Virus record (IMG/VR): IMGVR_UViG_3300039156_000048
Span: 1 to 64,000 of that record
Source of the DNA: a virus
Lineage: Duplodnaviria; Caudoviricetes
Direction: 5' to 3' (one strand)
DNA: 64,000 nucleotides
Below the pieces are notes generated by a model. The model was not told the origin of the DNA, did not search any database, and worked only from the letters and a program-made list of their open reading frames with translations. The translations under genes and the position numbers were made by a program. This document shows, one piece after another, positions 28,387 to 38,656 of this stretch. The stretch's first letter is position 1, and every line of letters begins with the position of its first letter.

Positions 28387-28866
28387 ATTAACGTTGAAAA
28401 GACTACGACCTGGGCTGATAACTGGAATGAAGTCATCCGCACCGTCCTATTCCCCGACGACAGGCTAAAGACTTTGTTGATGATTCCGACAGCCGAGAAA
28501 AACGATATCATGAAGTTCATCACTGAGTATTTTGTGAAATATCCCATGACGGACGAAATCCTGGGGAGCCACAAAGTCCGTGTGATCTATGATGACGAAC
28601 AAGGCCAGAAGATGAACATCCCGCAGGCTGTGAAGCGAATCCTTGCCTTTGATATTTATGTCAAGAGTGATGTGCTGCACACGGCGGACAACGACAGGTT
28701 AAAAGACCGCTCGATCTTAATTTTTGAACGAATCCGGTACTTGCTGACACGGCAAGAAGTCGTGTGCAAGATGAGGTTCGTTTGTGAGGATGACTACGGG
28801 CTGGGAGCCAAGACAATTGGCTACCGGAGATACCGTGGGGTGTTCTCCTATAAGAAAACATACTAA
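28387..28866 (+). CDS. putative tail terminator protein (probable ATT start)
   Basis: precedes tail tube gene; frame opens at 28381 right after GGGGGGTGA. Confidence 0.5.
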   Translation: MNVEKTTTWADNWNEVIRTVLFPDDRLKTLLMIPTAEKNDIMKFITEYFVKYPMTDEILGSHKVRVIYDDEQGQKMNIPQAVKRILAFDIYVKSDVLHTADNDRLKDRSILIFERIRYLLTRQEVVCKMRFVCEDDYGLGAKTIGYRRYRGVFSYKKTY

Positions 28867-28971
28867 TAAATAGTCCATAGAGTTAACCGTTATTTGATTG
28901 TTTAGGAGGCTCTCAAACAGTGGTTTTCTTGTGTGTGTCTATAGATAATATTAAAAGTGAGGTAATACAAT

Positions 28972-29766
28972 ATGGCATATATTCCTGCTATCGACGGTTA
29001 TATCGTTGATGTCCCGAATGTTATTTTTACCCGTTGTGACGGGAAAGAATTCACCTATCAGCGCCTGACCAGCTGCAACTTCAGCCCCACCATGGAGCCG
29101 ATCGCGATCAATGCCGGTCATAGCCTGTATCCCGTTGCGTACATTCCTGCTGGTGCGACTGCTGAAGTCACCGTGACCTCTGCGGAGTTCCGTGCCGACA
29201 TGTTTGAGATGGCACACAACACGACCGCAGCTGAAGATGCCGCCTATTCCCTTCGCAGGAGCGGAATCTTCAATGTTGCTACCGGCTTAAAAATCAAGCT
29301 GCCCAACGGCGCGACTACCCCCTATATCGTTGGCATGACACAGGATGCAGCACCCGCTGCTGGCAAGTATTCTTTTGCCCACGTTGCGGAAGCCGCAGGC
29401 CCTCCCGTTGTCCCCGCCCATGAGCTGATTACTTTCAACGCTGGTGACGTCGCGGTTGGCGATGACGTTCAGGTGACCTACACTCTGGCGGGCTCCGGCA
29501 CGAAGATCCCGGTACCCGTGATCTCTAGCTCTTCCCAGGGTGCCCTTCAGTTGCAGTACCCCGTGTACAGCACTGGCACTGACTGCTCAGACTCTGCCAT
29601 CAAAGGCAATCTGTATCTGTCTGTGTTTAAGGTTCGCGTGACCGCCATGCCTGGGTTCGATTCGAGCTACAAATCAGCACTAACCAACGGCGTAACCTTC
29701 TCCGTGGTTGATCCTCAGCGTGATGATGGGTCCGCCTGGGAATGGTTCTACGAGCCGGTCGCCTAA
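28972..29766 (+). CDS. major tail tube protein
   Basis: GAGGT RBS, 264 aa, followed by terminator and chaperone pair. Confidence 0.7.
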   Translation: MAYIPAIDGYIVDVPNVIFTRCDGKEFTYQRLTSCNFSPTMEPIAINAGHSLYPVAYIPAGATAEVTVTSAEFRADMFEMAHNTTAAEDAAYSLRRSGIFNVATGLKIKLPNGATTPYIVGMTQDAAPAAGKYSFAHVAEAAGPPVVPAHELITFNAGDVAVGDDVQVTYTLAGSGTKIPVPVISSSSQGALQLQYPVYSTGTDCSDSAIKGNLYLSVFKVRVTAMPGFDSSYKSALTNGVTFSVVDPQRDDGSAWEWFYEPVA

Positions 29767-29781
29767 CTGACCCAATAAATC

Positions 29782-29813
29782 AGGGGAGGGATTCTTCCCT
29801 CCCCTCTTTTTTT
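29782..29813 (+). terminator. intrinsic terminator
   Basis: AGGGGAGGGA/TCCCTCCCCT plus T7. Confidence 0.75.
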
Positions 29814-29855
29814 ATGCCCATTTATGAAGGAAATAAGGATTAAGGAGATAAAGAT

Positions 29856-30308
29856 ATGGCACCCAGAAAGAAACCACTGCCGACTACAGACAAGGAAGTC
29901 AAACCCCTTCCACTGATCGGAAAACCTGAGAATACCGTGAAGATTGGTGAACTGATGATTGAGATTAAACCGACCCTGTTCCTCTACCAGAGAGACAGGA
30001 CTGCGGCGTTTTATAAAATGCTCGAAATGTACCCCCTTCCTGACCTGTTTGCCATGACCAAGGAGGCCCTTGGGGATGAGGAACGGGACGGAGACAAGTG
30101 CATCATGGACTGGCTGATTGCGGCAATTGATAATGTTGACCTTGAAGAAGGAGAAGCTGAAAAAATTGTCATAGAAAATTTTGCGGGGAGGAAGATGGAC
30201 ACCGGGACACTTGAAACTATCCTCTCGATTTTTAAGCGGGTCAATAAAATTAATGAAAAAGAAATAAACCTAAAAAAGTTCAAGGAACAGAGGGGAGTGA
30301 TGGCCTAA
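29856..30308 (+). CDS. tail assembly chaperone (gpG-like)
   Basis: between tube and tape measure; A_AAA_AAG slippery site at 30272. Confidence 0.7.
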   Translation: MAPRKKPLPTTDKEVKPLPLIGKPENTVKIGELMIEIKPTLFLYQRDRTAAFYKMLEMYPLPDLFAMTKEALGDEERDGDKCIMDWLIAAIDNVDLEEGEAEKIVIENFAGRKMDTGTLETILSIFKRVNKINEKEINLKKFKEQRGVMA

Positions 30309-30631
30309 ATCTGGATGATGCTGCGGCTCTTGTAGCAGTGCATCTGGGGGAGGTCGATGAGCGCAAAATCAACAGGATGAGTTATATCTTCTTTGAAAGT
30401 GTGCTGGCCTCCTTAGGCCGAAAACTGAACTATGATGCCGTGGTGAATTATGCAGGCAACAGTTACTTTGAGAAATCCTGGGAAGTGATTTCTGAGAACA
30501 ACCCTATGAATATAAAAAAGGAAGATCTCCGGGACAGGAGTGGGCTTGGTAATTTTGCAAAAGGACTTAAGCTCAGTGATATAAAAATCATTGGGGATCC
30601 ATCACTGGTAACAGGAAAACAGAAGGAATAA
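30272..30631 (+). CDS. -1 frameshift extension of chaperone (gpT-like; fusion about 258 aa)
   Basis: -1 frame open 30257-30631 with no RBS-linked start. Confidence 0.7.
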   Translation, partial: KKVQGTEGSDGLNLDDAAALVAVHLGEVDERKINRMSYIFFESVLASLGRKLNYDAVVNYAGNSYFEKSWEVISENNPMNIKKEDLRDRSGLGNFAKGLKLSDIKIIGDPSLVTGKQKE

Positions 30632-30645
30632 AAGGAGAATAAGGA

Positions 30646-31281
30646 ATGAGTGAAAAAACGGATAAAAAGGTAGAACAGAAAACTACAGAAGTCAAGGTAG
30701 ATGAACTGAAGGATATCAAAGCCAAACTTAAGAATACGATCAGGCAGAAGAAATTCCATGTGATCAAAACACCGGATGGTACGGAAATCAACGTGGTTGA
30801 TTACCTGACGCAGGAAGAAAAAATGCAGGCGGCAATGCTGATTGCAGAACGAACCATCATGCTGGATGAGGAAACTGGTAAAGGTTACTGGGCGTTGAAC
30901 CTTGAACCCGAGCGGGTTCTGACGGTGATTGAAGTCTACACTAACCTCGCAGTGCCAGATGAAGACCGTTATGATTTTTATGACTATCTTTCAAATGAGG
31001 GAATCATCACAGACATCTGGTTTGTCATCGACCGGGATGCTGACAGGGTGTTGAGCCTTGCTCAGAACATGGCGAAGATGGCAATCGAACGGTTCAATCA
31101 CGAGAACAGCATGGACAACTTCTTGAAGCAATTGTCCAGCGGGAGCGGGTTAGGCCAGGAGCTGACTGAGATGCTGGAAAAAGCGAAACAGCAGGAAGAT
31201 ACTGTATCACAAAGGGTTTCCGCCGTGCTTGATAGCAAGCCGAAGGGGAACCTTATTAATTTTTCAAAACGCAAAAAATAA
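30646..31281 (+). CDS. hypothetical tail-module protein
   Basis: AAGGAG RBS. Confidence 0.6.
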   Translation: MSEKTDKKVEQKTTEVKVDELKDIKAKLKNTIRQKKFHVIKTPDGTEINVVDYLTQEEKMQAAMLIAERTIMLDEETGKGYWALNLEPERVLTVIEVYTNLAVPDEDRYDFYDYLSNEGIITDIWFVIDRDADRVLSLAQNMAKMAIERFNHENSMDNFLKQLSSGSGLGQELTEMLEKAKQQEDTVSQRVSAVLDSKPKGNLINFSKRKK

Positions 31282-31339
31282 CAGGGCGGAGGCCCTCTTG
31301 ATACATAGCTAACATAGAAGGAACGGAGGGCGAAAGCAC

Positions 31340-34300
31340 TTGGCAGACTTAAAATTAATCGGTGGTATTGGCTTAAACCTTGACCAATTGATGCGGGATT
31401 CACAGACAATGTCCCGTGTATTCGGAAAACAGTATAAGCTGATGATTTCCACTCAGGGGTACGATGTTGTCAAAAAGCAACTCCGTGATCTCGTTCTTGA
31501 GAACGAAAAATTACAGAAATTAAACACAAGAGTTCTCAAACAAACCATTGACTCCAATGGAATGATGAAAACAACGACCCTTAACCGGGATGGCGTCAAA
31601 AAGACTACAACACTTGATACAAATACCGGACAGATCGTTAAAGAAATAAGGGACGCAGATTCCGCTTTAACTGAATTAAACAAATCCTATGGACGGATAA
31701 AAAAAGCACAGACTGAAATTGGCCAAATTCAAAAAGAATACGCAGGTAGAGAAAAAGAAATGCCCGCGTCCTCGCAGAAACGTCTCGTTGCGCTTAATAA
31801 TATTCTTGCGAGAGAGCAGGCTTATGTAAATACAAAAAGAGACGCAATCAGAAACGATGAAAAAATGAATGCCCTCCTACAAGATAGGAAAAGAATCCAG
31901 TACCAGATAGACCACAAGACAGAGAAGGTAACACAAACAACTGAGGTCGAGAAGGTCAACACCCTATATGCAGAGCAATCCAGATTGGTTAAGGAAATTG
32001 GACAACTGCAAAGAGAGATGTTTTCAGCGGGGCCGAAGGAAAGGAAGGTAATTGAAGGAACCCTCGCAACCCGCCAGCAGGAGCTTGCTCAAGTCCAACA
32101 GCAAATTTCTCAGTCCGGATACCAGAATACTGAAAAGGAAGCCGCTGCGCAGAAACAAATAAGGATAGAAGCGCAGAAGACTGCGCAAGAAGAAGCAAGA
32201 CTTAATGATCAGAGGGTCAGAGGTAAACAGGCACTAGATACAATGTACCGCACAATGGTTGCTATGCTGACCATCCAGGCTGTCCGTATGCTTCGGGATG
32301 CATGGCGGGAAGCCCTGAGTTTTGTGAAGCAATACTATGATGCACTGAATGAAATCCGGATTGTTACAGGCTATACCCAGGAGCAGGCGGATAAACTGGC
32401 AGATCGGTACTTAAAGCTTGCCGATAAAATGAAGGTAAGCGCACTTGATATCTCTAAGATGGGGGCCACGCTGTACCGGCAAGGTTTGCAGGGAGACGAT
32501 GCGGTCATGGGTCGAATGGAAGCTGTTATCAAGTATTCAAAAATCGCAGCAGAAGACGTATCTGAAAGCGCAGACTTGATGGTTGTTGCAATCAATGCCT
32601 TCCAGCGAAAAGGAGAAGACGCTTCCGATACCGCTATGCGCGTTGCTGATACATGGACCTACATGGGCGACGCGGTTGAAACCGAGGCCGGCGAAATCGG
32701 TACAGCTATGCAGAAAGTTGTCGCCAACGCAAAAGTAGTCGGGCTGTCTCTTGAAAAAACATCCTCTTTTATTGCAACGATTTCCTCCGCTACCCGAGAA
32801 ACTCCTGAAGTTGTCGGTACGGCACTGAACAGGATCATTTCAAGATATGAAAAACTAACCCAGGCTGGTATGAACAAGATATTCACATCAGAAGACGGGG
32901 ATATCGTTGCTGTCAATGATGTGGCCAGGGCCTTAAAAGTCATTAACGTCGAACTCTATACGGCAGGAGAAGGTTTCATGACCTTTGGCGACGTGATGGA
33001 CAAAGTTGGCGCCAAGTGGAAAGACCTGAGCGATGTCGAGCAGAGATATTTAGCCACGGCAATGGCGGGTATCCACGGTATCAACAAGTTTTATGCCCTG
33101 ATGGAAGACTATGATAAGTCACTTAGTCTATATGAAGGCTCGTTAAACGCGAAAGGCTCTGCAAACGCGAAATATGCCATTGAAATGGAAAGCGTGACAG
33201 CAGCCCAAGCCGACATGACGAATAGTCTCCAAGCGTTATACAATACCCTCTTGAGCGGCCAGATTATCAAAGAGTTCTATGAATGGGTCGCCAAGGCGGT
33301 TAATAATTTTAAAAGCGGAGTTGAAGTTTTAGGTGACTTTAACATTAAAGCTGTAGCTACGGCGGCAACAATCATTGGGGTTGGGGTTGCAATCGGTAAA
33401 GTTATCAAAGTCATGAGCGATGCAGCCAAGGCTAAGAGCTTGCTCACATTATTTGGAGGAGGAAGCATTCGGACACTGCTTGTTGGGTTGACCGCGCTGG
33501 CTACTGTGTTGATTACTGTTGCCGGGAAGGTTCGTGAAGCTTCAGATCCTATCAAGAGTTTTACGGACGAAATGGAGAGGCTTTCCGGCGCACAGGAAAA
33601 ATGGAACGAGAAGATAGACAGGCTGGCAGGGTTCAAAACCGAACTTGAAAATATCGCAATAGCCTCAAAAGATACAGCAGAATATCAGGAAACTTTTAAT
33701 GGTTTGATGGAAAACCTTGTGAAAAATACTCCTTCACTGAGTAGCGCTTTGCAAGACGCCAAGGGAAACTGGGTTGATCTTGGGACAGCAATTGGCGTGG
33801 TCAATGAGAGAATGGAGAAAAACGCTGAACTTAGAGACCTTGAGGCGAGAGCAAATGCTTTTAGGGCTCTAAGCGCACTTCCTTCTGAGTTAGAGGGATC
33901 TATTGGGGACAGCCGGAAAGCTGAAAAATTAAAGACCCTCGTAGAGGCCATGAAATTTCTAAGAGACAATCAAGACCTTAGCAACTGGGCAGACGGCTTT
34001 TTCAAAATGGGGAACAACGGAGCCGGGGCCCGTGATATCAATAACTTTACAAGTCAACAGGCGGAGGCATATAAATCCAAGGTTCTCGTTAATACGTTTG
34101 CCGATAATGACGGTGGGGCACTGGATTATATTTCATCCTATTTTGGGTTCAATAAGAATTTAAGCTTGAAACCTAATCGGAACGCTTTAGTAAATATGAT
34201 TGCAGAAGACCTGGAGCTTTCGTCGGCAATGATAGACACTCTTTATTCCAACAGCAAAGATGAAGTAAAAATCAAAGTAATGGAGTACCAGGATGCTATC

Positions 34301-37300
34301 GTAAAAATATTTTCGACGACAGATGGCTATAGAGAAGCTCCCTTGTTTGTTCGTAATATGATAGATCAAGTAGCCAAAGATATGAGCGAAGAGTTTGGCA
34401 ATATTGACTTCTCTGTTATGTCTGATGATGAGATTGTGAGTATTGCAAACTCCTATAAAATCCAGACCTATGAAAAAGCTAAATCAATTATGGAAGACGC
34501 TGGAAGCGCACTGATAAAAGTGATTGCTGGTTCGTCGTCCCCATCCCGTCCGCCTTTTTCTACTGCGGTCGAAGAATTGACACAGCGATTCGGCGGGGAC
34601 TTACTTGAGACACAAAAGGTTCTTGATAAATATTTTCCAGCAGAATATTCTGAAAAATATTGGACCGAGTTTATGAAGCGGGTCTATTCAGGGTACTCAG
34701 ATCAAAATCTTGATGATTTCCTAGGAAAAGGGGATTCCCCTTTTGACTTCCTTAAGCAGGAAACAGCAAGAGGGTTAAAAGAGGCAGGAGAAGTTTTAGG
34801 AGTTGCTGAAGAGGAAATCCAGGGTGCGTTTGATAAAATTATGGCAGTTAAACTTGACCCTGCTGGAAAAGAAACCGCAGCTTTAAGCTCTCTTTTTAAC
34901 CTCTTGTTTAACGGGATCAGCCCAAACCAAATGGGGACCTTATTAGACCAGCTTGAACAAACAGAAGAGGGGATATCTGGATTCGCTGCGACCTGGACAG
35001 AATGGACCAACCTTTCAAAAACAAGCCCCTTCTCTGGTAGCGGAGAACAGATAAAAACTGTCACCCAAATCTATGATGAGCTCCGCAAAGTTTCAACAGA
35101 TAGCAAGGTATCCAACGCGGCAAAAACTTTGCTGGGTTTGTTTGACGGCGTCACAAATGCCGAAGGCTTAAAAACGGCGGCGGCAGAAGCGAGAGGGATG
35201 TTTGAGAACCTTGTCCCCCCAGAGCTCCAAGGCGACCTTGCCAATTTATTGCCTAATTTTGATACCTTTCTTGACAAAGCGGAAGAGGGAAAAATCTCTC
35301 TGGAATACCTTGGGATTTACACAAAAAATCTTCAAAGCAATATCAATGACCTTGACTTCAAAATCCTTCTGGACAGTATCAGCGAGATGGAAGGCTCAGG
35401 AAAAATCATAGGTGGGGTTGCGGATGCCCTCAAGGGTATCAAAGCTGGCGGAGTAGAGGCGGTTACTTCCGTGATTAGCCTCAGAAACACCATGAACTCC
35501 TATGCGGACGCACAAAAGGCGTACAACGAGATCATCAAAGCAGGTGGAAAACTGAACGAAGATACTTCGGGGTATTTTGATACACTCTCTTCGGCTACAG
35601 GAATCCCTGTTGAGCTGCTGGACAAAGACATTACCCTGGCTTCTACTAAATTGAATGCTGAGATGGAACAGCTTAAAAATACAATGTCTGTCCTCGCGAA
35701 AATGGGTGGGGCAAATATTATCAGCTCTGACTGGATTGGACAAATCGTAGCAATGGAGGGGTCGACCGACCCAGCTGTTATCAGCCTTCAGTCCCTGTTG
35801 GATGTCATTGAGTTGATTACCGGGGCGACATTCAACGGAGCGAGCTCTATTGAAGACGTCGTTCAGGCAATTGAGAACCTTACCTCTACAACAGGAGAGG
35901 ATATCGACTCCTGGTTCTATAAACTCAGAAAACTAAACGAAGAAATAAAGGCAATGACTGAAGGCTCTTATGGAGGGATGAAGCAAGATATGTTCCGTGA
36001 GAGCGGGGCATATAACAAGGCGGAAAGCTTGATGCCTTACATGGGGTACATGAAAGATGAGAGCGCAGATACACGTGATTATGGCGCTGAAGCTTTCTCC
36101 ACAGCAATCCGTGAACTTTCTTTAGATGAAATTGAAGTAATGAAAAGCGAATTCCCTGAACTCGGAGCAATCATTGAGGCAGTATTCGATAACGGAACCT
36201 ATTCAGCCGAAGAACTTGAATACGCAATGGAGAAGACGCGAGAGAAACTTGATGAAATGGCTCAGTCTGCCGAGGACTCAGACCTTTCAGAGAACTTCGG
36301 GGATGCGCTCGGAGACTTCAAAGAGCTGCAAAAAGGCGGCAAGAATGCAGCTAAAGTTATCAGTGATATAACCAGTGAATCCAAAGGGATGACAAAAGCC
36401 CTCTCTGCAATGGAATTCATTCAAAAGAAACAGTACAAAACACAAGACGAACTGAATGAAGCATACCAGGCAATGAGCGACTATCTGGGGATCCCCATTG
36501 AGACAGCCGAGGATTTTGCGGCAGCCCAGGCAATGATGGCAGGAGCTACGCTTCAGACGGGGAACAGCCTCGGCTGGATGGTGAACGGGCTGATGGCTTT
36601 GAGTGCCATACAGATTGATCCCAGTGGGAAAGTATCTGCTATGGGGTCTCTGGAAGCAGCAGCGGCAGCCGCCGGGATGTCCACTGAGGAATTTGCTATT
36701 GCCCTCGCCGCAATTAACGGTGCGGGGTTCAATTTCAAAATCAACGAAGACGGGACGGCAGGTGTCGTCGAGAGCTGGGTCAATAAGAACGCGATTAAAA
36801 ACTTTGCTCCATCAATGAAATCTTCTGGTGGCGGTGGTGGAGGCGGCGGTGGTGGATCTGGACAAAGTGAAATTCAAAAATTTCTTGACCAATTGTCTCA
36901 GCTGAAAAGTATTGATGACTTTCTTCGTAAGATGGTTCAAATGCGCGGAAGCCTTTATGAAGCACGGGGAGAGCTGACAAACTATATCCAGGCCGTTGAG
37001 CAGGAAATAGAGGTAGTCAAAGCTCGGAATGATGTGGATGAAGCGGAGCTCCAGCAAATTGATGAACGGATGAGAGCACAGCAAGAGCTTGTCGCATCAA
37101 TGTCTACCTCCAATAAAAACTATGAGAAAGCGGCAAGCGACTTGAAGTCTCTTCAAGACACGCATCAGTCGTATACGGAGACGGTTGAGCAGAACAAGAT
37201 AGACCTTGAAGAACTTAACGACACCCTTGAAGAGACGCGCAACGCTATTAGAGACATGCAGATTGATATCCGCGAGACAATTCACGAAGCAATAGTTGAC

Positions 37301-38575
37301 CGGGAAGAACTTAACCAAAGCATGCTCGAAGGCGAAATAGAACTTCAAGATACTATCCTTGAAATCCTTGAGGCACGGTATCAAAAAGAATGGGACCTCA
37401 TCAAGGAGAACATCGACGCTCAAAAACAGGCACTTGAAGAAGAAAAAAGGCTGATAGACGAAGAACTGAACGCGCGTAAAGAGGCGGCTGAAAAGGCTGA
37501 TAAGTATACGCAGCTCAGGGGGTATGAATCCCAGCTTGCCATTATCAGTGCAGATCCCACAAGGGCGAAAGATCAGCTTGAACTCCGTAAAAAGATAGCT
37601 GGTTTGCGCAAAGATATTGCCTGGGACCTCGCGGAAGATGAAGCAGAAGCACAAAAAGATGGCATTGACCAGCAAATAAAAAGTCTTGATGAATACCTTG
37701 AGGAAATCGATGCCTTTTATGAGGCACTGTTCGAGAACCCCCAGCAACTTATAGAAGAGATGCGGGAGGTTATGAAAGGCAGCAACGAAGAAATCCTCGA
37801 ATGGCTGGAAACTAACAGCACAGAGTTCGCGTCTTCAACGGCTGAAACGCAGGAGAATATGCGTATAGGCTGGCAAGCAACTCTTGACCAGATGCGTGGA
37901 TTTACCAAGACGTATTGGGATGAGGTTGAAGAAATTATCTCTCAAGGTGATACAGCCATCATTGAGTTTCTGAAAGCAAATTCAGCTGAGTACAGGACGG
38001 CGGGAAAAATGCAGGCCGAAGCACTGGTCGATGAATGGCAGAAGAAACTTGATGATTTGAAGGCCGCGCTGACCAACACGTATCAGAGAATCAACGAAAT
38101 GCCAACCGATAAATATGTAACGATTCACGTATCCACAGTTGAAAACGGCGGGGGAGGGGGGAAGACACCAATCGACCCTCTTGTTGTCGCAGTGGGTGGT
38201 GGGGGTAATTTTGGCATGTCACAGCCTGGAAAAGTAACACAGATGGCCTTCGCGTCCGGCGGACTTGTTGATTATACCGGGACTGCACAGGTCCACGGCT
38301 CGCCCACAAATCCAGAGGCGTTTCTCAGTGCTGTAGACACAAAGATGATTCGGGGTCTGCTTGACGGTTTCAAATTTATTGTCCCCAGATTTGGGGGAAT
38401 AAAGAGTCAGACCGGGGCGAACGGGAATGTCACGATTGAGGAAATCAATATCTCTGTCGACAAACTTGATAATGATGCCGATCTTGAAGACCTCGCAAAT
38501 AAGGTTGGAGAGAAGTTCGCAAAAGCAATGACAGTAAAACGGGGCGTGTCTGTCGGTAACCTTAGGATCAAGTAA
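31340..38575 (+). CDS. tape measure protein
   Basis: 2411 aa helical protein; TP901-type core (ATRETPEVVGTALNRI..R); C-terminal FASGG. Confidence 0.9.
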   Translation: MADLKLIGGIGLNLDQLMRDSQTMSRVFGKQYKLMISTQGYDVVKKQLRDLVLENEKLQKLNTRVLKQTIDSNGMMKTTTLNRDGVKKTTTLDTNTGQIVKEIRDADSALTELNKSYGRIKKAQTEIGQIQKEYAGREKEMPASSQKRLVALNNILAREQAYVNTKRDAIRNDEKMNALLQDRKRIQYQIDHKTEKVTQTTEVEKVNTLYAEQSRLVKEIGQLQREMFSAGPKERKVIEGTLATRQQELAQVQQQISQSGYQNTEKEAAAQKQIRIEAQKTAQEEARLNDQRVRGKQALDTMYRTMVAMLTIQAVRMLRDAWREALSFVKQYYDALNEIRIVTGYTQEQADKLADRYLKLADKMKVSALDISKMGATLYRQGLQGDDAVMGRMEAVIKYSKIAAEDVSESADLMVVAINAFQRKGEDASDTAMRVADTWTYMGDAVETEAGEIGTAMQKVVANAKVVGLSLEKTSSFIATISSATRETPEVVGTALNRIISRYEKLTQAGMNKIFTSEDGDIVAVNDVARALKVINVELYTAGEGFMTFGDVMDKVGAKWKDLSDVEQRYLATAMAGIHGINKFYALMEDYDKSLSLYEGSLNAKGSANAKYAIEMESVTAAQADMTNSLQALYNTLLSGQIIKEFYEWVAKAVNNFKSGVEVLGDFNIKAVATAATIIGVGVAIGKVIKVMSDAAKAKSLLTLFGGGSIRTLLVGLTALATVLITVAGKVREASDPIKSFTDEMERLSGAQEKWNEKIDRLAGFKTELENIAIASKDTAEYQETFNGLMENLVKNTPSLSSALQDAKGNWVDLGTAIGVVNERMEKNAELRDLEARANAFRALSALPSELEGSIGDSRKAEKLKTLVEAMKFLRDNQDLSNWADGFFKMGNNGAGARDINNFTSQQAEAYKSKVLVNTFADNDGGALDYISSYFGFNKNLSLKPNRNALVNMIAEDLELSSAMIDTLYSNSKDEVKIKVMEYQDAIVKIFSTTDGYREAPLFVRNMIDQVAKDMSEEFGNIDFSVMSDDEIVSIANSYKIQTYEKAKSIMEDAGSALIKVIAGSSSPSRPPFSTAVEELTQRFGGDLLETQKVLDKYFPAEYSEKYWTEFMKRVYSGYSDQNLDDFLGKGDSPFDFLKQETARGLKEAGEVLGVAEEEIQGAFDKIMAVKLDPAGKETAALSSLFNLLFNGISPNQMGTLLDQLEQTEEGISGFAATWTEWTNLSKTSPFSGSGEQIKTVTQIYDELRKVSTDSKVSNAAKTLLGLFDGVTNAEGLKTAAAEARGMFENLVPPELQGDLANLLPNFDTFLDKAEEGKISLEYLGIYTKNLQSNINDLDFKILLDSISEMEGSGKIIGGVADALKGIKAGGVEAVTSVISLRNTMNSYADAQKAYNEIIKAGGKLNEDTSGYFDTLSSATGIPVELLDKDITLASTKLNAEMEQLKNTMSVLAKMGGANIISSDWIGQIVAMEGSTDPAVISLQSLLDVIELITGATFNGASSIEDVVQAIENLTSTTGEDIDSWFYKLRKLNEEIKAMTEGSYGGMKQDMFRESGAYNKAESLMPYMGYMKDESADTRDYGAEAFSTAIRELSLDEIEVMKSEFPELGAIIEAVFDNGTYSAEELEYAMEKTREKLDEMAQSAEDSDLSENFGDALGDFKELQKGGKNAAKVISDITSESKGMTKALSAMEFIQKKQYKTQDELNEAYQAMSDYLGIPIETAEDFAAAQAMMAGATLQTGNSLGWMVNGLMALSAIQIDPSGKVSAMGSLEAAAAAAGMSTEEFAIALAAINGAGFNFKINEDGTAGVVESWVNKNAIKNFAPSMKSSGGGGGGGGGGSGQSEIQKFLDQLSQLKSIDDFLRKMVQMRGSLYEARGELTNYIQAVEQEIEVVKARNDVDEAELQQIDERMRAQQELVASMSTSNKNYEKAASDLKSLQDTHQSYTETVEQNKIDLEELNDTLEETRNAIRDMQIDIRETIHEAIVDREELNQSMLEGEIELQDTILEILEARYQKEWDLIKENIDAQKQALEEEKRLIDEELNARKEAAEKADKYTQLRGYESQLAIISADPTRAKDQLELRKKIAGLRKDIAWDLAEDEAEAQKDGIDQQIKSLDEYLEEIDAFYEALFENPQQLIEEMREVMKGSNEEILEWLETNSTEFASSTAETQENMRIGWQATLDQMRGFTKTYWDEVEEIISQGDTAIIEFLKANSAEYRTAGKMQAEALVDEWQKKLDDLKAALTNTYQRINEMPTDKYVTIHVSTVENGGGGGKTPIDPLVVAVGGGGNFGMSQPGKVTQMAFASGGLVDYTGTAQVHGSPTNPEAFLSAVDTKMIRGLLDGFKFIVPRFGGIKSQTGANGNVTIEEINISVDKLDNDADLEDLANKVGEKFAKAMTVKRGVSVGNLRIK

Positions 38576-38598
38576 GAAAAGACCCAATAGAATAGGAA

Positions 38599-38630
38599 GC
38601 TAAGACGGGAGTGAAAACTCCCGTCTTAGC
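38599..38630. other. perfect 14-bp hairpin with GAAA loop
   Basis: GCTAAGACGGGAGT-GAAA-ACTCCCGTCTTAGC; no T tract. Confidence 0.7.
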
Positions 38631-38656
38631 GTGGTAGAAGGAAAGGAAGGAGCCTG

